From Methanobacteriota archaeon (GTDB lineage Archaea > Thermoplasmatota > Thermoplasmata > SG8-5 > DAIRED01), in contig JAZDNO010000026.1 of assembly GCA_043799545.1 (NCBI GenBank), positions 1 through 64,000 on the forward strand: 64,000 bases of DNA, written 5' to 3'. A program made the position numbers and the translations under genes. Below the pieces are notes generated by a model, which was given only the letters and a program-made list of their open reading frames with translations, was not told the origin of the DNA and searched no databases. Below are positions 1-10,311 of this stretch, piece by piece (within the stretch, counting starts at the first letter, position 1; every line of letters starts with the position of its first letter).

Positions 1-1585
1 AATATTTAATCATGCCCATATTTATCAATTCGTACCCGAACTTGCGGTAGTAATCGCGCACGCCGACGCCGCTGGTCACGACTATCTGGCCAGCCCCGGA
101 TTTCCTCGCGATTTCCTCGGCCGTTTCGAGCAGCCGGGCGCCGTATTTCCTGTGCTGATATTCGTCCGCCGCGGCGCGGCCGATTGGCACCATTTGCCCG
201 AAGATTTTCAGCTCGCGGACGAGCGCTACGTGCCTTTCTTCGGGGGCGTTTTCCTGCCCAAACGCCTCCCTCCGCGCATCGGGCGAGGCCATCCTCAGGC
301 GCAGGTAGCCGACGAGCGCGTCCGACTCTGGCTCGTCGAAGGAGAGGAAGTGCTCTGTGCCTCCGGACGCTTCGTAGGAGATGCTGTTTTCCATTATCTG
401 GCTCTCGTCGATGCTGCCTCCGTCGAGCAGAACATGCCCCGCCTCGCGGCAGCGTATGCACCGGCATTTCTTTCCCTGCCTGGCCAGCTCCTCCTTGGCG
501 AGGGTGCGAACGTGGCTCTTCTTCACGCCGTCCGCGATGAGCTGCGCTGGGATATCGCGCTGTATCCTCTGTATTCGGACCCACGGCGGCAGCTTCGGTT
601 TCACGATGGCCAGCAGCTTTACGACGTCCCCGGTGCCATACGGCTTGTAACGGCCAGACTCCCATTCCGCGTGCAGCTTCGTCCCAGGCATCACGAGCGT
701 CGGGTATATCTTGAGCATATCTGGCTTGAACGATTCATCCTCGAAAAGCCTCATGAACATGGCGGCGTCGCTCTCCACGGTAGCCCCGGGCAGCCCGGGC
801 ATCATGTGGTACCCGACCTTGAAGCCAGCGTCTTTCGCGAGGCGTGTAGCCCGCTCCGTCGCCGCAACGTCGTGGCCGCGCTCCACGCGCTTCAGAATCG
901 CATCGTCGAGGGACTGGACGCCCATCTCGATCCTCGTTCCTCCGAGCCGAAGTGTCTCGATGTTCTGCGCCGGTCCGATGCAGTCGGGCCTCGTCTCCAC
1001 AGTCAAGCCTATGCATCTGGCCGGAGCTGCCTCGTTGAGCCCCTGCGCCCCCTCCAGCGTTGCGGACTCGCGCCCGTTCATCGCGTCCAGGCACCTGCGC
1101 ACGAACGTTTCCCTGTACTCCCAAGGCCTTGAAGTGAACGTCCCGCCCATGATTATCAGGTCTATCTTGTCGACCGGATGGCCTATCGCCGAGAGCTGGC
1201 TCAGACGGGCGGAGACCTGCCTGAACGGGTCGTACTCGTTCTGACCGGCTCTGAGCGCTGCAGGCTCGTGCCCTGTATACGACTGAGGCGTTCCCACGCC
1301 AGTGCCCCCGGGGCAGTACGCGCACCTGCCGTGAGGGCAGTCCGCCGGCGAGGTCATGACGGCGACGACGGCGACTCCGCTAGCCGAGCGCACGGGCTTG
1401 ATGCGGAGCAGCGGCTCGAAACGCTCGCGCTCCTCGCCGGACAGCCTTTCCAGTATGTCGGCGTTCGTCGGCAGCGAAGCCATGCGGTGCCTGCTGCAGA
1501 GGCGCATCTTCGCGCGCTCCACGTCCGGACCCGTTTTCAGCTTGCCAGACCGTATCTCATCTATGATCTCATCGAAGTAATCCAC
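1..1585 (-). CDS. elp3: Elongator Elp3-type tRNA U34 carboxymethyltransferase (radical SAM + GNAT), 3' end runs off the window
   Basis: Not in the ORF track because there is no stop in the window. Manual translation from GTG at 1585: MDYFDEIIDEIRSG...IKPVRSASGVAVVAVMTSPADCPHGRCAYCPGG...PQSYTGHEPAA. Window edge reads IVVTSGVGVRDYYRKFGY, the Elp3 GNAT tail. Confidence 0.93.
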   Translation of the reverse strand, partial: MDYFDEIIDEIRSGKLKTGPDVERAKMRLCSRHRMASLPTNADILERLSGEERERFEPLLRIKPVRSASGVAVVAVMTSPADCPHGRCAYCPGGTGVGTPQSYTGHEPAALRAGQNEYDPFRQVSARLSQLSAIGHPVDKIDLIIMGGTFTSRPWEYRETFVRRCLDAMNGRESATLEGAQGLNEAAPARCIGLTVETRPDCIGPAQNIETLRLGGTRIEMGVQSLDDAILKRVERGHDVAATERATRLAKDAGFKVGYHMMPGLPGATVESDAAMFMRLFEDESFKPDMLKIYPTLVMPGTKLHAEWESGRYKPYGTGDVVKLLAIVKPKLPPWVRIQRIQRDIPAQLIADGVKKSHVRTLAKEELARQGKKCRCIRCREAGHVLLDGGSIDESQIMENSISYEASGGTEHFLSFDEPESDALVGYLRLRMASPDARREAFGQENAPEERHVALVRELKIFGQMVPIGRAAADEYQHRKYGARLLETAEEIARKSGAGQIVVTSGVGVRDYYRKFGYELINMGMIKY

Positions 1586-1694
1586 GCCCGCCAGAGGCGC
1601 CGCCGCATTAATAAAATCGCCGAGCACTAATTAAGCAAATATGTTAAATTATAATGCTTACAAATTCATAATTGATATTTATTAAGTATGTTGA

Positions 1695-2612
<918 letters not shown>

Positions 2613-2759
2613 AGCGATCCATCTAGAATCGTTCAATAGCGACGTTTTACCGGGGGTAAACAACCGTGTTTCGCTGTTTTCGAGGGGTTTCCCTCGTGAA
2701 TATATAATCACACCGCCCCAAATATATATTGTCGAGCGCGATTCTTTCTAAAATACGGT

Positions 2760-3125
2760 AGTCCATGTTTAAGGTAGAGCACGCTAAAACAAAAAAACAA
2801 CCTATAATTCTATTGCTACACTGTGAAATAATAAAACTATAGAGTTCGATGATTACATCGAAACTATAGAAAAAAGATGTTTTCGTAAACCATAATGATT
2901 AATATAATATGTAATTTAATTAAAATAAGTTATAAATTATTGTTATATACTTACCAATAATTTATTCAATAGATAACTATGCTTTAATGCATACCAATAA
3001 TATCATAGAAAACATAAATATCATTTTAATTAATAGTATGTTTAAAACTATGTGTAACCATAAAATATAATGAATAAATTAAACTATAGATAACTATTAA
3101 TACAATAGAATCTATAACCGATGCC
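2760..3125. repeat. Extremely AT-rich intergenic tract with short direct repeats and a palindrome
   Basis: Hand count of 41 G+C in 2881-3120 (17%). AAACTATAGA at 2834, 2861 and 3081; ATAGATAACTAT at 2969 and 3086; TACCAATAAT at 2952 and 2992; TTCGATG-ATTA-CATCGAA at 2845-2862. Confidence 0.85.
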
Positions 3126-3383
3126 ATGCCCAAGAAACGCGGACGCCCCCGCAAGACGCCAGTCGCAGATGCAAAAGACGAGCCGGAGGAGCTGCCAGCG
3201 CCGTTGATTTCTCAATCCGAGGACGACGTCATAGGAGCGCCAACGGACAAGCCGTCGATGACCTCGATTCAGCTCACGCCTGCAGTGCGCGATCGCCTCT
3301 GGAGGCTGAAATTCAGAAAGACCTACGACGCCTTCCTGGCTGAGCTTTGCGAGATGTACGAGGCGGCCCACAGGGAAGAATAA
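3126..3383 (+). CDS. Small DNA-binding protein: N-terminal AT-hook, acidic linker, C-terminal ribbon-helix-helix-like domain
   Basis: MPKKRGRPRK (AT-hook core RGRP). TSIQLTPAVRDRLWRLKFRKTYDAFLAELCEMYE resembles archaeal RHH/antitoxin-like proteins. Confidence 0.7.
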   Translation: MPKKRGRPRKTPVADAKDEPEELPAPLISQSEDDVIGAPTDKPSMTSIQLTPAVRDRLWRLKFRKTYDAFLAELCEMYEAAHREE

Positions 3384-3417
3384 AACCATTCGTTTCTTCT
3401 TGATTCCCGCCTGGGAA

Positions 3418-4308
3418 CTATGGCTGATAAGTGCCGCCGGGCTTGCCCTCGCGGTCCTCCAAGGGGGGCGGCAGGGCAATACGCTCGCTCCCGGGCCTGA
3501 AATCGGCACTCGCCTTTTTCCGCTCCTTCAGAACCTCGACCTTGCCGTCTATCCTCACCTGCATGCCGTCCTCAGCCGCGACGACGTTCATACCCGTCTT
3601 CTCGCGCACCCACTGCGCCTCCCGCTCCGGACCGGATTTCAGGACCTTGAGCCCGAAGTGCGTCATCACGGCAAGCTCGGGCTTCGCAATCTTGACGAAC
3701 TCTGCGATGTCCTCCGTGCACATGTGCCCGGGAATGCGCCCCTGGATGGGCCTGGTGGCAGGGAGGATGAGGAGGCGCGCGCCGCGGTGCCTCATGGCGA
3801 GCTCTTCCGAATACTCCGAGTCGCTCACGTACGATATCGCCCCCGACAGGGTGTTGAAGCGGAAACCGACTGTGGATTCGTCGGTGTGCTTCGAGGGGTG
3901 CACCTCCACGTTGAGCCCGTCGAGGAAGTACTTGTCGCCGACGCGGGCGGTCTTGACCTGCGCCGGCTTCGATAGGTGGTACCTGGAAATGATGGGCCAG
4001 TAGTTCCCCATCCCCTCCGTGACGCTGCGGCTGCCTATTAGGATTCCACGGTGGCGAGTGCCGCCTTCGGTCATGGCCTCCACCAGGACGTCCGCGTCCC
4101 CGTAGTGGTCGGGGTGGCCGTGCGAAACGACGATGACGTCCGTCAGCCTGGGGTCGAGACCCATCTTCACCATGGAGACCAGCGCCCCCGGGCCGGGGTC
4201 GACGTGTATCCTGATGTGGTCCTCGATGTAGACTCCGCCAGTGCCGCGCATCTGGGTTATTGTCGCGAAGCGCCCGCCGGAAGTGCCGATGAAGGTGACT
4301 GTGGTCAC
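3418..4308 (-). CDS. Metallo-beta-lactamase-fold hydrolase
   Basis: TFIGTSGG, HVDPGPG, SHGHPDHYGD (HxHxDH), YVSDS, THFG motifs. Confidence 0.9.
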   Translation of the reverse strand: MTTVTFIGTSGGRFATITQMRGTGGVYIEDHIRIHVDPGPGALVSMVKMGLDPRLTDVIVVSHGHPDHYGDADVLVEAMTEGGTRHRGILIGSRSVTEGMGNYWPIISRYHLSKPAQVKTARVGDKYFLDGLNVEVHPSKHTDESTVGFRFNTLSGAISYVSDSEYSEELAMRHRGARLLILPATRPIQGRIPGHMCTEDIAEFVKIAKPELAVMTHFGLKVLKSGPEREAQWVREKTGMNVVAAEDGMQVRIDGKVEVLKERKKASADFRPGSERIALPPPLEDREGKPGGTYQP

Positions 4309-4353
4309 GAAACCCGGATGGGCAGGGCATCAAATACGTTTTGGGGTCCGGAA

Positions 4354-7300
4354 TCACCAGTCCACGGTCCAAACGGTGTCCACCGTTGCATAGACCCAGT
4401 AGCCCTCGCCGCGCTTCATTACGTGGGCGTCGCCAAGCCCCGCGCTGCGATACTCCGACGCCAGGTCCATGCCCTCGACTGCCGTCGCGCCAGTGTCCAT
4501 CCGGAATTGCCCTATCGTGTACGCTCTATCGTCGTTCGCTCTGTAGCCGACCATGTTCCAACCCGCGTGCAGCGTCACGTCTGTCGAGGTCGGCGAGTCC
4601 CCCTCCACAACTAGAAGGCCGTCGGCCATTTCCGCAACGCGCAACCAGAACGCCGCTCCGGCTGGGATGACGCTAAGGTCATTGAACGATGAGGGCCAGC
4701 CAGTGTAATACCGCTTCCAATGGTCAGCGGTATCCGCCGAATCGTAATACATGACGCAATCCCATCGGGTTCCCATTCCGCAATCGTCTAGAATCTCAAC
4801 AAGGTTCGCGGCGCCGGTAGCTATGGGTATGGATATCAGATTCCATCCCTGGAAGACCGGAACGCCGAAGCGCACCGGCACCTTGGAAACGAGAAAGTCG
4901 CTGAAGTGCTCGACATCGCCCCATAGCGTGTCGGTGAATGTGTCGACGCCAGTCGGGTCGCACGCTTCATAGCCCTGGATGTAGGGATTGTAGACGTTGA
5001 GCACCATGTCGTCCTCCGTTACGCCGGCGGGTATGTCGGCGGCGGAGTAATGGATTGTCATCGTGGCCATGATCATGGAGGCTGTTATCCTGGCGTCCGC
5101 GACAATCTCGTAGCTCTTGCCATCGTTCGCTGTCCTGTGCTCCACGATGACGATGCTTGCCTCGTGGATTGGGGTGGCGAAGGTGAAGTTCAAGGTGAGG
5201 TTGGTCGTTGCGGACGCCACGTTCGCCGCACTGCCAGAGAATGTAAGCGCGTCAACCATTGCCGAGTCCGGGGGGAACGCGCACAGCACGCCCTGGGTTT
5301 CATAAACGACGTCCCCCACCGAGACATCCGCGACGTAGGAGCCCGGCACCAGCTCGCTCGACTGGATCTCGATTGAACAAATGCCGTCGGAGGGCGTCGC
5401 ATCGCCGTGTGTTCCGTCGTCGTAGAGCGGGAGGCGATACGTGACGCCGTTCCTTGCTCCGCGAAGCGAGACTCTCTCGGCACCGCCGGGCGCCTCCACC
5501 GCCAAATGAACCGTATCGCCCGCTCCCGCCACGGCAGGAGTGATTGTGACCCCTGCTGCATCGCCTGGGTGGTCGAGGAAGAATTTGTCCTTGGAGCCGT
5601 CGTTCTCGCCATCCAGGTAACCCTCGCCGCTCGCCGTGGCCATTATCCTGTACGTCCCGGGGACCGAGGAGTTGACCCCGAAATAAAATCTGCCCACGTA
5701 AGTCCCCCGGGAGGCCTCGGTTATCGTGATGGAGGTGTTGGTTAAATCCGGTGCGATTATCCTTGCGGAAACGGATGCGCCCTCGATCGGCTGGCCAAGG
5801 TATGTGACCTTGACCGATATGTCGGCGAACTCGTCCACGCCGCTGACGTACTTCTGCTTGTCGGAGCAGGCCTTGACCTTTAACTCGCCGCATGTGGGAG
5901 AAACGAACAGCTGCTTCGAGGCCTGGTTGTTGCCCATGTCCGCCTCTGGCGGGTCGGAGTCGGTGATGTCCACGATTATCGTGTGGTTGCCGTCCGCGTT
6001 CGCATTCCAGTACGCCGACACCGTTGCGTAACCTCCCGCTGGCACAAAGAACTCGAATTCGCGCCATATCAGGTACTCTTCGCTTGCGTTGTCGAGATAG
6101 AAGGAAACCGTGCAGACCGCGTTCAGTGAGCCCGTGTTGTGCGTCTCGGCGTCGATGGTGATGTCATCCCACAGATGCGGGTTCGGGTCGGAGAATGCGA
6201 TGCCGTCGGCGGAGATGGATATGTCCGGAGGTGCGACGGCAATTACCGTCATGGCATAATCGCTGGTTTGCGGGAGAGAGTAATAGTCATTAGGCGTCGT
6301 ATAGATGCATAGTGCCCAATTGGTCAAGTTCGTGCCATATGCCACGCCGCCGTCGACTTGAACCCGAATCGTAAAATAGTGCACGCCTGGCATCACGCCC
6401 GTGTACTCGAAAAACAGGTTTCCGCCGTTTATGGCGCGGAATACGAACGTCGCTCCGACAGCCTCCGAGGCAGTGTCGTTGACATAGGTTACCCCGGCAG
6501 GAAGCGTGTCGTTGAAACTGGCGCTCGCCGCGGTTCCGCTTCCCGTGTTGTTGAACCAAAGGGTGTAATCCAAAAAGTCCCCGGGGGAGGCTGTCGCTTT
6601 GTCCACAGTCTTCGAGAGGGCGATTGAAGGGCAGGAGACTGTGGTGACCGCCCAATCCTCGGTGACAACTCCAGACGGCTCATAATCGCAAGTAACATGG
6701 TTTGAGAGCAGCGCTCCGTCCAGTACGTTACCATTGATGCGAGCAGTTATTGTAAAAACGTGCATGCCAGGCGGAACGTTTGCGAATCTATAGTTGATGT
6801 TGTTGCCTGCGATGTTGCGAGAGGTGAAGTACGGCAAAGATGCAGCGGAATCGCTGATGTAGGCCATCCCTGTCGGCAGAGTGTCGTTTATCCACACGTA
6901 ATCCGCGCTCACCAGGCCCGTATTGGCGAAGGATATCGTGTAGGTCAATATGTCGCCAGGATATGCGATTGCACGATCCACGGTTTTGTCCACCCCAACT
7001 GTCGGGGCGCTCAGGTTCCCGGTCACGTTCACGATGCAGTAGTCGCAACCCGCCATTCCAGTGTCGTCCCATACCGTAAGATTGACCATGTAGCTTCCTG
7101 GCGTTTCGTATTTATGGCTCGCAAACATCCCTATGCCAGAGTTACCGTCCCCGAAGAACCATGTGTAATTCTCCTCCCCGAAAATAAATCCATCAGGATC
7201 ATATGATGCGGTTCCGTTGAAATAAGCATACTCCTCCAGGGCCACAGCCTGGTATCCGGGCAGCGCCACTGCAACCGGGGGCAGCCCAGCAACGGCATTG

Positions 7301-7413
7301 ATCGAGACGAACGATGCGAGCACCATCGCCCCAACGACGAAAATGGCTACGCATCTCCGCGCAACACTTCCCTTGCCCACAATGTACGCCTCACAGCCCT
7401 CCTGTCGAGTCAT
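4354..7413 (-). CDS. Secreted/cell-surface protein: signal peptide, PKD, 2x DUF11, CARDB-like, DDGxHGD motif, C-terminal GWN-repeat domain
   Basis: Hydrophobic N-terminus. PKD: FNGTASYDPDG...WFFGDG...HKYETPGSYMVNLTV. DUF11: DKTVDRAIAYPGDILTYTI and SKTVDKATASPGDFLDYTL. Also YDDGTHGDATPSDG, GWNLISIP and GWNMVGY. Confidence 0.85.
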   Translation of the reverse strand: MTRQEGCEAYIVGKGSVARRCVAIFVVGAMVLASFVSINAVAGLPPVAVALPGYQAVALEEYAYFNGTASYDPDGFIFGEENYTWFFGDGNSGIGMFASHKYETPGSYMVNLTVWDDTGMAGCDYCIVNVTGNLSAPTVGVDKTVDRAIAYPGDILTYTISFANTGLVSADYVWINDTLPTGMAYISDSAASLPYFTSRNIAGNNINYRFANVPPGMHVFTITARINGNVLDGALLSNHVTCDYEPSGVVTEDWAVTTVSCPSIALSKTVDKATASPGDFLDYTLWFNNTGSGTAASASFNDTLPAGVTYVNDTASEAVGATFVFRAINGGNLFFEYTGVMPGVHYFTIRVQVDGGVAYGTNLTNWALCIYTTPNDYYSLPQTSDYAMTVIAVAPPDISISADGIAFSDPNPHLWDDITIDAETHNTGSLNAVCTVSFYLDNASEEYLIWREFEFFVPAGGYATVSAYWNANADGNHTIIVDITDSDPPEADMGNNQASKQLFVSPTCGELKVKACSDKQKYVSGVDEFADISVKVTYLGQPIEGASVSARIIAPDLTNTSITITEASRGTYVGRFYFGVNSSVPGTYRIMATASGEGYLDGENDGSKDKFFLDHPGDAAGVTITPAVAGAGDTVHLAVEAPGGAERVSLRGARNGVTYRLPLYDDGTHGDATPSDGICSIEIQSSELVPGSYVADVSVGDVVYETQGVLCAFPPDSAMVDALTFSGSAANVASATTNLTLNFTFATPIHEASIVIVEHRTANDGKSYEIVADARITASMIMATMTIHYSAADIPAGVTEDDMVLNVYNPYIQGYEACDPTGVDTFTDTLWGDVEHFSDFLVSKVPVRFGVPVFQGWNLISIPIATGAANLVEILDDCGMGTRWDCVMYYDSADTADHWKRYYTGWPSSFNDLSVIPAGAAFWLRVAEMADGLLVVEGDSPTSTDVTLHAGWNMVGYRANDDRAYTIGQFRMDTGATAVEGMDLASEYRSAGLGDAHVMKRGEGYWVYATVDTVWTVDW

Positions 7414-7538
7414 TTTGCTTCACCATCCGACATCATGCCTCCGACAGTATTTAAACGTCTCGTGCTGCTGCACAAGTTGCACGGCATTAATTATATATTT
7501 AAACAAGTGCAACAGACAGGAATGTTTTTATATTAAAG

Positions 7539-10265
7539 ATGCGAATAATGGTCGTGCACGGACGGAACGGTTTCACACCGACTCAGGCGAAGATAGTTTC
7601 CCACCTCGCGCCTTTCGCACGCTTGGCCAACAGCTACCTGCAGCCGGACCTCGTGACCCAGGACGGGATAGCGCGCTCGGTGGGAATAGCCAGGAACCAC
7701 GTCCCGCATGCCATCAACGATCTGATTGCCAACGACTACGTCACTTCGAGGAAGGCCAGGGTCGACGGGGCGGCGCGGAGGAAAACGTGCTACTTCCTCA
7801 CGGAGGGAGGACTGCAATCATCCAAGGAACCCGCCGAACTACCCGCGCGCAGGAAGAAGCCATCGCGGGATCGCGGGCGGTTCGTCGGGCGGCGCCGGGA
7901 GCTGAAAGAGCTGGCATCATGGCTCAAGGGTGGCGCGCCAGTCTTGGTCCTTGAAGGCGAGCGGGGCATGGGAAAAACTGCGTTGCTCCGGAGATTCCAG
8001 GAGAGAACCGAGAAAAGGCATGTCTTCTGCTGGTCGCTGACAAATGACGGAACGCTGCGGGACGGGTTGATCTCTCTGGCGGATGGGCTTCCCGACGGAC
8101 AGGGAAGGATGCTCGCCTACATGGTGAAAACAGAGCCGGGAATAAACCACTGTAGAGCGGTCGGCATGCTGGACGAGATCGATAAACCGCTCGTCCTCGT
8201 CCTTGACGACGCGGACCGCCCGGGCGCCAAGGCTGACGCGGAAGCGATGGCGGGAGCCTTCGCCAAGGCCCGGAAAGCGAGGCTGCTGCTGGCGGGTGAA
8301 AGGTTTGAGCTGCATTGCCGCCCATCTCGGATTCGCTTGGATGGGCTGTCGCGCGCTGAGACGGAAAAACTCGCGAAGATGCTGGGGCGCGGCGACCCAG
8401 CGGAGGCGTACGAATCGTCGGGAGGCAGGCCCTGGCTTGTGGAGATGTGGAGCCCCGCGACAAAAGGCGCGAGCGCTATTTCAAGCGCCCCAGTCCAGCC
8501 GATGTCGAAGAAGGAGGCGCGCGCTTTGGAAATGCTGATGCTCTTCGGACGTCCGGTCCACTTGGGCGAGGCTGCGGCGCTGGGATTCGATTACCAGGTC
8601 ATCTCGTGGCTCGCGGGAAAGAGATGCGTCACGATTGCCAACGGGCGCATCCACCCGCTCGGGCGAGGGTCGGTGTCGCCGCGGAAAAACGAGCGAGGAC
8701 GGAACCGAGGAGGCGCGCGCGTGGCGCGAGCCATATTGGCGACTTGGAACGACCCGACGCATGACGCGGAGGCGTGCGCCCACTATCTCGACGCCGGAGA
8801 CGACGCGGCATGCGGGAAGGTTGTCGCCGAGAAAGGGGAGCGGATGCTCAAGGCCGGCTTCGCCCCCAGACTGGACGAAATATTATCTGGACTCAAAACC
8901 GAGAGATTGGACGCGCACGCCCATGCAAGGGTGCTCACGGTCATGGGTGCGATGAAGAAGATGAGGGGGGAGTGGGAAGGCGCCCTCGTGTGTTTCGAGA
9001 AAGCGAGACATCTGGGGGGTGGAGACGACGCTTATTGGGCGGAATCTACAGCACGAATCGCGTCCGTATACCTTGCAAGGAGGGACCTGGCTAGAGCCCT
9101 GAAAACGTACGGCGAGGCGCTCGTCCGCCTGCCGCGCGGCCAACCGCGCATCGAAGCCAGGATACGGGACGAAATCGCAACAGCGCTGCTGAGGAACGGC
9201 GACGCTGACGGCGCCTCCGCTTCGAGCGACATCGCCGTGGCCAGGGCAGGCGAAACCGGGGATGCGGAGCTCGTCGGGCTCTGCGAGGCGACGCGGGGCA
9301 ACGTCTTTGCCGCGAGGGGGGATTTCGCAGAGGCCGAGCGCTGCTTCTCCGAAGCCTTGGCCAAGGTCCGCGCGGTCTCGAATGTGCGGGCCGAGGGAAC
9401 GATCTTGATAAACCTGGCAGGAATCCAGCAAAGAATGGGCAACATCGGCGCTGCAGCGGCCATGTGGAAGGACAGCGCGGCGCTTCTCGAAAGGCACGGC
9501 GACCCAAGGTACTGCATGGCGCTTGCAAACCTCGCCACCGCGCTCTGGCGCACCGGAGACTGGGTAGGTTCCAGGGAGTGCAGGGCGAAGGCCCTTTCGC
9601 TTGCGAGGATTGTAAACGAGAAGGCCGTGGAGGGTGCGATGCTCACGGTCGAAGGCAACGAGGAGATGCTCTCCGGCAGGATTGAAGATGCCGTACGCAG
9701 CTACCGGGGCGCGCTCGACATTAAAAACGCTCTGCCAGACATGCGCGCGAGGGTGCGGGCGCGATGCGATGTCGCGAACGCGCTCGTATCCGCCAAGCGG
9801 CCGGGGGAAGCCTTGGAAGTCCTGAAAAGCGACGTCGATTGGGCGAAATCAGCAGGATGTTCGGAGGAGGCGGCCGGAGCCCTCCTTTCTGCTGCGAGGG
9901 CTGAGCTCGCTGGCGGGAACGGGGCCGGGGCGCGGGGCTTGTTGAAGTCCGCACTGTCCGCGTGCGCCGCGGGCGACAGGCCAAGCTCTGCGAGGGTGCT
10001 CAGGACGCTCGGGGTCTGCGCTGCGGTGGACGGCGAGTGGTACGTAGCCAAGAGATACCTTGATGATGCGTTGGCCATGTTCAAGGAGTCCGGCGAAGCC
10101 GTGGAATACGCGACGACGCTGCACGACATCGCCCGCGCCTTCAAGTTGCTCGGCCTTGACGGGGCAGACGCAGCGATGGAAGCTGCATCGGAATCCGCAA
10201 AGAAAATCGGCATGGCTTTCCCTCCTTTGAACTCGGATTGGCTGCTCGCTGCAAACCCGGCATAG
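7539..10265 (+). CDS. Winged-HTH + STAND-like P-loop ATPase + TPR repeats (MalT-like regulator architecture)
   Basis: TQDGIARSVGIARNHVPHAINDL (HTH); FVGRRREL; Walker A GERGMGKT; Walker B LVLVLDDAD; Ala-rich TPR-like helices in the C-terminal half. Confidence 0.8.
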   Translation: MRIMVVHGRNGFTPTQAKIVSHLAPFARLANSYLQPDLVTQDGIARSVGIARNHVPHAINDLIANDYVTSRKARVDGAARRKTCYFLTEGGLQSSKEPAELPARRKKPSRDRGRFVGRRRELKELASWLKGGAPVLVLEGERGMGKTALLRRFQERTEKRHVFCWSLTNDGTLRDGLISLADGLPDGQGRMLAYMVKTEPGINHCRAVGMLDEIDKPLVLVLDDADRPGAKADAEAMAGAFAKARKARLLLAGERFELHCRPSRIRLDGLSRAETEKLAKMLGRGDPAEAYESSGGRPWLVEMWSPATKGASAISSAPVQPMSKKEARALEMLMLFGRPVHLGEAAALGFDYQVISWLAGKRCVTIANGRIHPLGRGSVSPRKNERGRNRGGARVARAILATWNDPTHDAEACAHYLDAGDDAACGKVVAEKGERMLKAGFAPRLDEILSGLKTERLDAHAHARVLTVMGAMKKMRGEWEGALVCFEKARHLGGGDDAYWAESTARIASVYLARRDLARALKTYGEALVRLPRGQPRIEARIRDEIATALLRNGDADGASASSDIAVARAGETGDAELVGLCEATRGNVFAARGDFAEAERCFSEALAKVRAVSNVRAEGTILINLAGIQQRMGNIGAAAAMWKDSAALLERHGDPRYCMALANLATALWRTGDWVGSRECRAKALSLARIVNEKAVEGAMLTVEGNEEMLSGRIEDAVRSYRGALDIKNALPDMRARVRARCDVANALVSAKRPGEALEVLKSDVDWAKSAGCSEEAAGALLSAARAELAGGNGAGARGLLKSALSACAAGDRPSSARVLRTLGVCAAVDGEWYVAKRYLDDALAMFKESGEAVEYATTLHDIARAFKLLGLDGADAAMEAASESAKKIGMAFPPLNSDWLLAANPA

Positions 10266-10311
10266 CCTCGCCCAGGATAGGTTTATCTACACCCCGCCCG
10301 ATTCGGAACGC

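Noticed and set aside
152-1132. 326-aa plus-strand ORF from the track
   Set aside because: Antisense shadow of elp3, whose minus-strand frame carries all family motifs.
2613-3125. Replication origin (oriC)
   Set aside because: AT-rich with a G-string (CCGGGGGT at 2650-2657), but there is no convincing ORB consensus repeat and no cdc6/orc1 nearby; kept only as an alternative.
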